Shown here: piece by piece, positions 9,519 to 14,033 of the stretch
Position numbering within the stretch: the stretch's first letter is position 1
Layout: every line of letters begins with the position of its first letter
Assembly: GCA_029932605.1 (NCBI GenBank)
Contig: JAOZPT010000056.1
Span: 1 to 14,033 of the forward strand
Reading direction: 5' to 3'
Origin: Candidatus Zixiibacteriota bacterium
GTDB taxonomy: Bacteria > Zixibacteria > MSB-5A5 > UBA10806 > 4484-95
DNA: 14,033 bases
Position numbers and translations under genes: made by a program
Notes under the pieces: generated by a model
What the model was told of the DNA's origin: nothing
Seen by the model: only the letters and a program-made list of their open reading frames with translations
Databases searched by the model: none

Positions 9519-10046
9519 ATGGGCACCCTAAAGATCAAGATAAAAAAACCTGTTATGAAATCGCTTATCCGTCTTTATCTCTCTTTTGGTGTTATCATGA
9601 TTTTTTTCATCATCGTCTTTAACACCAAGATATTCTACTGGAATGTAAACGTTCCTTTCACATCCTTTATCGCTTTTGTCTCTGGACTAGTAATAAATAT
9701 ATTTGGTGGTAGCTCACATGTTACCGGCACCCATCTTTCGACAGCTCACTTTAGTATCAATGTTGTCGATGGTTGCAACGGTTTATACGCTGCGGCTATT
9801 TTAATTTCCGGTGTTATAGCCTATCCATCAAGTATAGCCCATAAGTTGCTGGGTGTCCTGATTGGTTTTTCCGCCATTTTTGTTCTCAACCTTGTTCGGG
9901 TCATAAGCCTTCTTTATCTTGGGCAGTATTATCCAGATATTTTTCACGAGGCCCATATTTTTATCTGGCAGCCGATTATCATTCTCTGGGCTATTTTTAT
10001 CTGGTATATCTGGTGGAGCATAATTGAAGGGGAAAAAAATAAATAA
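9519..10046 (+). CDS. xrtH: Exosortase H (IPTLxxWG-CTERM-specific)
   Basis: Hydrophobic protein with the exosortase triad: Cys86 in GCNG, Arg127 in NLVRVISL, His146 in AHIFIWQ. The AYP and GQY motifs are present, and an IPTL-CTERM substrate is adjacent. Confidence 0.9.
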   Translation: MGTLKIKIKKPVMKSLIRLYLSFGVIMIFFIIVFNTKIFYWNVNVPFTSFIAFVSGLVINIFGGSSHVTGTHLSTAHFSINVVDGCNGLYAAAILISGVIAYPSSIAHKLLGVLIGFSAIFVLNLVRVISLLYLGQYYPDIFHEAHIFIWQPIIILWAIFIWYIWWSIIEGEKNK

Positions 10047-10626
10047 ATGGCTGTTTTTCCCAAGGTTTTTGATATATTTTATCATTGCCTACCTGCTTTG
10101 GCATTTTACAGCCCCGATCGCGAATAAAGCTCTTACGTTCCTCGGTGGAAACCTGGTGGTGCTATTCGACAGGGTAGAATTTACAAAGGCGATTAAGGCT
10201 GTAGGGAAGTACATTGTCGTTGCTTACGAACCGGCAAAGGAGGGCAAAAATCTCGTTCTCGATTATAAAGGTTTTACGTTTAACACGGTGTTCCTTATAG
10301 CCCTGATAATGGCTGTTCCAAATATAAATTATAAATTAAGGTTAAAGATTTTGGTGCTTGGTCTGGTGATTTTGTACCCGATTCAGGTTTCCAGGCTGGT
10401 TATTTATATATTTAACTACTATTGCCAGAACATACGCAGAAAAGACGGCACCACAATATATCCCACATTCACACATAATGCTATCGGTTACGCTAACAGG
10501 GTTTTAATAAGAATTGATGGACAGATAATTCCAATACTGATATGGGCAAGTTTGTTCTATTATTATAAGTGGCATAAGGTATTGATGAAAAAAAGAAAAG
10601 TCCAAACTCATCCGGAATCGAAATAG
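10024..10626 (+). CDS. Exosortase H-associated membrane protein (exosortase-like, lacks the catalytic Cys)
   Basis: TTG start with GGAG 5 nt upstream and a 23-nt overlap with xrtH. About 4 TM segments. LIMAVP...KILVLGLVIL...VSRL parallels XrtH VIAYP...KLLGVLIGF...LVRV. Confidence 0.75.
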   Translation: MKGKKINKWLFFPRFLIYFIIAYLLWHFTAPIANKALTFLGGNLVVLFDRVEFTKAIKAVGKYIVVAYEPAKEGKNLVLDYKGFTFNTVFLIALIMAVPNINYKLRLKILVLGLVILYPIQVSRLVIYIFNYYCQNIRRKDGTTIYPTFTHNAIGYANRVLIRIDGQIIPILIWASLFYYYKWHKVLMKKRKVQTHPESK

Positions 10627-10660
10627 AACTTGCACCTACGGATATAATTTGTTTTAAAAA

Positions 10661-10685
10661 TAGGGGCGTATTTAATACGCCCCTA
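10661..10685. terminator. Palindrome between convergent operons; probable intrinsic terminator, REP-like
   Basis: TAGGGGCGTATT-T-AATACGCCCCTA is a perfect 12-bp inverted repeat. A5 on its left gives a U-tract on the minus strand, and atcttt lies on its right. Confidence 0.75.
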
Positions 10686-10718
10686 ATCTTTACAATTGCA
10701 TCAACAAATTGATGAAAG

Positions 10719-10928
10719 TTACTCATCCTCAGGTGAGCCCCTGCTATAGTAAATCCACAGGTGAACGATGTAGGCTATGATGACTGCGCTTATCAGTGTG
10801 CCGAACATATCCAAGGTGGTGATATGCCCGAAAATCAATAAGACACCGACAAGCCCGACCACCGCGATTATCAACGTCCAGGCCAGAGTCTTAATGAAGA
10901 CGGAGGCTATGAAGATAGGTTGGTTCAT
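10719..10928 (-). CDS. Small two-TM membrane protein
   Basis: Two hydrophobic segments and an acidic tail (SPEDE). The start (ATG 10928 or GTG 10931) overlaps the TGA of the IPTL-CTERM gene. It ends about 30 nt before the terminator. Confidence 0.7.
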   Translation of the reverse strand: MNQPIFIASVFIKTLAWTLIIAVVGLVGVLLIFGHITTLDMFGTLISAVIIAYIVHLWIYYSRGSPEDE

Positions 10929-12790
10929 CACACCTTCGATGCAACAGTTCTACGCCTGCGAACAACTGCGATTGTTCCAGCGGCTAACAACAACAGCGCC
11001 AGGATTATCATACCCCATTCGTTGAGAGTGGGAATATCTGCTTGTTCCTCACCGGTAATCACAAACGCCAAATCCATTGACGTTTGCACGCATTCGTGCT
11101 GTATAACCCCATTATAGATTATCACATTTGCTGCTATAAAGTCGATAGAAACCCACTCGGGATTGTATGGAAGAGTGAAAGGAAATTCAAAATGACCCTC
11201 AGGTCCTACAGGGAATACTTCACGCCCTATGAAAACATCCTCGTTTCCGTCCCATGGTAAAGGTGGCCTATCAGGTACGCCTTCCATCGACCATATATCG
11301 GTGGAATAATTCAATGCAAACTCAATATATGGCTCACCCGTGCCCGATGGCATAACATCGAAGCTTATGAAGATTTCTTTAGTATTTTCAGGGTTGTAAG
11401 GGTTATCATAGAACCACATATTCCACCAGTAGTACTCGGGATAGAAATACCATCCGATACCATAATAATTGGTTGACCCCTCGTCAATGGGTTCGCCAAA
11501 CTCGTTGAATGTAACTTCGAAATGATTTACCCTCGGAGGCTCAATCAACGGTTCCCACATCTCGCCAGTCCACCACACCGCATCATCCATGAAATGGTCT
11601 CTCGATGTTTTCCAACCCCAGTGGAAATTCCCCGGATCGTCAAGGATAGGTGTGATGGCCAACCAGTAGATATTACCTGCTTCCTGGATGAAAGGATCCG
11701 GAATGTTCACAAAGTCATACTGCCAGTATGGAACATGATCATTGGGCCAGTTCATTACTAAAAGTGGGTCGTACCAGTGCTCAAGTGTAGGCGGTTCAGT
11801 CGGCGTGCCGGGTACCCACTCTATCATATACCATAATAATTGGTCAGGTTTGCTTGGTGGGCCGGGGTCGTTTGAGTAAATTTCGAATATAAAGGCATTG
11901 ACACCGCCTGGGTCAATGTCATCAGTCCAGGGATTACCATCCGCATCTTTCCATGAACCCCAGAAGTGAATATCTGTGACCGGACCGGTTTGTGTGCATT
12001 CCCAGTCATCAGCCAGTTTCAGCGGTTCAGGAGAGGTTGTATTCACATCCCATCCGATTACATCCGGATACTGTGGGAAATGCATCTTATGGTTGGGGAA
12101 TGGCTGATCGGGACAATTATTGGGGGGGGTGTTCCCATTCACCCAGAAAATCGGATAACCTGGTGTAGGAGGTGTCCAGATAGTGTGCCAATCATACCAG
12201 TTACCTTGATAATTAAACCAATTAATGCATGTATCCGGTGCCTGATTATCGAACAAGATCGAGGGAAATGGTGGGGGGCCGGGGTCACTATATTCTATGC
12301 CGATATAAACAGGTCCGTTAACACAGCAGGGATTCGAAAAGGTTAAAGTGCCCATACCTGGCGTGCTAGAATAGTCGAAAGTATCATCACATAAAAAGGT
12401 TTCGCGGCAAAGCTCTGTGCCAGGACCTTCACATGGATCTGGTGGGTTAGCCAAATCGTAAACCACTACATCAACCTGAACGGGATAGGTAGCGGTACCA
12501 CCATTATAAAGGGGAATTGTAATCGTTTTAATTTCGAATGGATATGTGGGAATTGCGGGACAGGTGGCTGGGTCAAAATAAGATACGATAGCATCTCCAG
12601 TCGAAAATCCAGAGAAGTAGCTACTTACAATGCCATTGGTATGTGTCAGAATACAGCCGGCCGTAGTTAATGGAGGCATAATAGGCTGTTCACTACTTAC
12701 CTTTGAAGGTGTTAACTTTTCTACGGCTACAAGTGAAGAGGTAAGTATGAAAACAAGACCTAAAGCCAGTATCAGTGTTTTTCTAAACAT
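10928..12790 (-). CDS. Secreted IPTL-CTERM (IPTLxxWG) surface protein, exosortase H substrate
   Basis: Sec signal peptide MFRKTLILALGLVFILTSSLVA. C-terminus IPTLNEWG + TM helix + RRRR (10928-11035). Cys-rich N-domain and Trp/Pro/Asp-rich beta domains. The start is moved to ATG 12790, with GGAG 6 nt upstream. Confidence 0.92.
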   Translation of the reverse strand: MFRKTLILALGLVFILTSSLVAVEKLTPSKVSSEQPIMPPLTTAGCILTHTNGIVSSYFSGFSTGDAIVSYFDPATCPAIPTYPFEIKTITIPLYNGGTATYPVQVDVVVYDLANPPDPCEGPGTELCRETFLCDDTFDYSSTPGMGTLTFSNPCCVNGPVYIGIEYSDPGPPPFPSILFDNQAPDTCINWFNYQGNWYDWHTIWTPPTPGYPIFWVNGNTPPNNCPDQPFPNHKMHFPQYPDVIGWDVNTTSPEPLKLADDWECTQTGPVTDIHFWGSWKDADGNPWTDDIDPGGVNAFIFEIYSNDPGPPSKPDQLLWYMIEWVPGTPTEPPTLEHWYDPLLVMNWPNDHVPYWQYDFVNIPDPFIQEAGNIYWLAITPILDDPGNFHWGWKTSRDHFMDDAVWWTGEMWEPLIEPPRVNHFEVTFNEFGEPIDEGSTNYYGIGWYFYPEYYWWNMWFYDNPYNPENTKEIFISFDVMPSGTGEPYIEFALNYSTDIWSMEGVPDRPPLPWDGNEDVFIGREVFPVGPEGHFEFPFTLPYNPEWVSIDFIAANVIIYNGVIQHECVQTSMDLAFVITGEEQADIPTLNEWGMIILALLLLAAGTIAVVRRRRTVASKV

Positions 12791-12907
12791 AATGTTCTCC
12801 AATTAATTAAACTGGTTAACATTCTTTAATACCATGATTCTTATTACATATTCGTCAGAGAATCAGTGTTTCATTATCACTAAAAAAAATAAGATCAGAA
12901 TTTTATA

Positions 12908-13573
12908 CTACGGAGGTGCACGCGGATCTATAGAGTAACAGCAGTATCTGGCGATAACTATCTCTTTAAAATGAATATAATAATTCTTACTTTTTATCAA
13001 TATGTCATTATCACTTGCGATAATCTTTACTCCGATATATTCGATAAACTTCAAGATAAGCGAATTAATCAATACGATACTGAATGACACCATCAGGATA
13101 CCAGATAATGAAGCAACCCTTATCACGAACCCCGAACCATTGTTTGCAAATATGAATATGTTTCCTAATCCAGCATAATGAATAAGGATATATTCAAATG
13201 GAAGCCATAGGGTAGCTGTAAATATGGGGCTAAATCCAATAAAGCCTTTTAGTATATTAACCGCTGCCCCAAGAGAAACAAAGACTAAGTTAAGTAAGAA
13301 AAACCTGAAACAGAATTTAAGGGGAGCAATCAGAATCTCGCCTGGATACGTTACAGTGGTATAGCAACTGGCCAGGACAACCCCCAAAATAATTGAATCA
13401 GCCAAACTTACTTTAATTGTCCGCCACAAAAATGGAATAAGAGCGAATAGCGATATAAACCAATACTGAGGAAATGTATGGGCAATAGATAGAATTAATG
13501 CAGAACTTCCGGCGCAAAGGAAATGATTTAAGAATCGCTGGCTGGGATAGTTATGGTTCGTTTTCGTTCGCAT
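12908..13573 (-). CDS. Lnt N-terminal-like multi-TM protein without a nitrilase domain, ending in RAPP
   Basis: Segments SALILSIAHTFPQYWFISLFALIPFLW, ATLWLPFEY and RVASLSGILMVSFSIVLIN resemble the apolipoprotein N-acyltransferase membrane domain. It ends GAT CCG CGT GCA CCT CCG TAG (DPRAPP*). Confidence 0.75.
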   Translation of the reverse strand: MRTKTNHNYPSQRFLNHFLCAGSSALILSIAHTFPQYWFISLFALIPFLWRTIKVSLADSIILGVVLASCYTTVTYPGEILIAPLKFCFRFFLLNLVFVSLGAAVNILKGFIGFSPIFTATLWLPFEYILIHYAGLGNIFIFANNGSGFVIRVASLSGILMVSFSIVLINSLILKFIEYIGVKIIASDNDILIKSKNYYIHFKEIVIARYCCYSIDPRAPP

Positions 13574-13924
13574 TATAAATACCAGTTTAAGCTTGGTTTA
13601 TAGGAACAACTTATAACTTATTTATATATTTCACCTTACCAATATGACATTGGACGATCTTATTGTAATCAAACATATTTCGCCTTTAAACGAATTGTCA
13701 GTAAATCCATAAAATTACTAAGCATTCATTGACCGAGACATGCATTTTGAGATAAAAAACCTCGCAGCTTTTAAGTTCATGCCTTCCTATATGCTATTAA
13801 CCCGCCTAATGATAAGAGCTTGATGATTTTAATGAAAATACCATAATTTCACCTGTAGAAGGTATTATCCTAAGTCTCTTTTATTGCCTAAGATCCATCA
13901 GCCTTAGATTATCCTTCGAAAGGC

Positions 13925-13974
13925 TTGACCGAAGAATTTTATTAAATATAATAAAATTCAAATTCCCATGTCAA
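13925..13974. promoter_or_regulatory. Bidirectional sigma70 promoter with overlapping -10 boxes
   Basis: Plus strand: TTGACC (13925-30)-16-TATAAT (13947-52). Minus strand: TTGACA (13974-69)-18-TATATT (13950-45). Confidence 0.55.
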
Positions 13975-14033
13975 GGAAAAAATTATTTGGAGTTTCCCGA
14001 AAAAATCTGAATTTGTGCTTTCAATTTACCTGT

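Noticed and set aside
9828..12346. Alternative ORFs within xrtH, its partner and the IPTL-CTERM unit (9828, 10493, 10777, 10920, 11522, 11824, 11966)
   Set aside because: They overlap better-supported genes and show no independent coding signals.
12908..13573. Interpretation as a decayed lnt pseudogene or a functional Lnt
   Set aside because: No nitrilase-domain remnant follows, since the IPTL gene starts about 120 nt later. The frame is intact and ends in a specific motif. It cannot be an active Lnt without the E-K-C triad domain.
13718..13780. 20-codon minus-strand uORF (MNLKAARFFISKCMSRSMNA) after AGGAAGG
   Set aside because: It is too short and featureless to support without conservation data.
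1..14033. CRISPR array, tRNA/rRNA, transposase or integrase
   Set aside because: No regularly spaced repeats, cloverleaf or rRNA signatures, or recombinase ORFs were seen.

Overview
Bacterial chromosomal window with two parts; it is probably from a Gram-negative FCB/PVC-like lineage such as Zixibacteria, which is an inference from gene content only. The left part is housekeeping: a minus-strand pdxS-pdxT-ispH-ispG operon, a minus-strand DUF3078-like OMP / queG / ThiI-MnmA-like tRNA thiolase run, and a divergent NCS2 purine permease. The right part (9.5-14 kb) is a compact protein-sorting locus. Exosortase H and an overlapping Cys-less exosortase-like partner on the + strand converge on a minus-strand unit. 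That unit encodes (i) a truncated, nitrilase-less Lnt N-terminal membrane-domain protein ending exactly in RAPP-stop, the known ribosome-arrest motif, (ii) a secreted IPTLxxWG-CTERM surface protein and (iii) a translationally coupled 2-TM microprotein. The most novel candidate is the Lnt-N/RAPP gene, which may act as a membrane-sensing arrest-peptide leader for an exosortase substrate.
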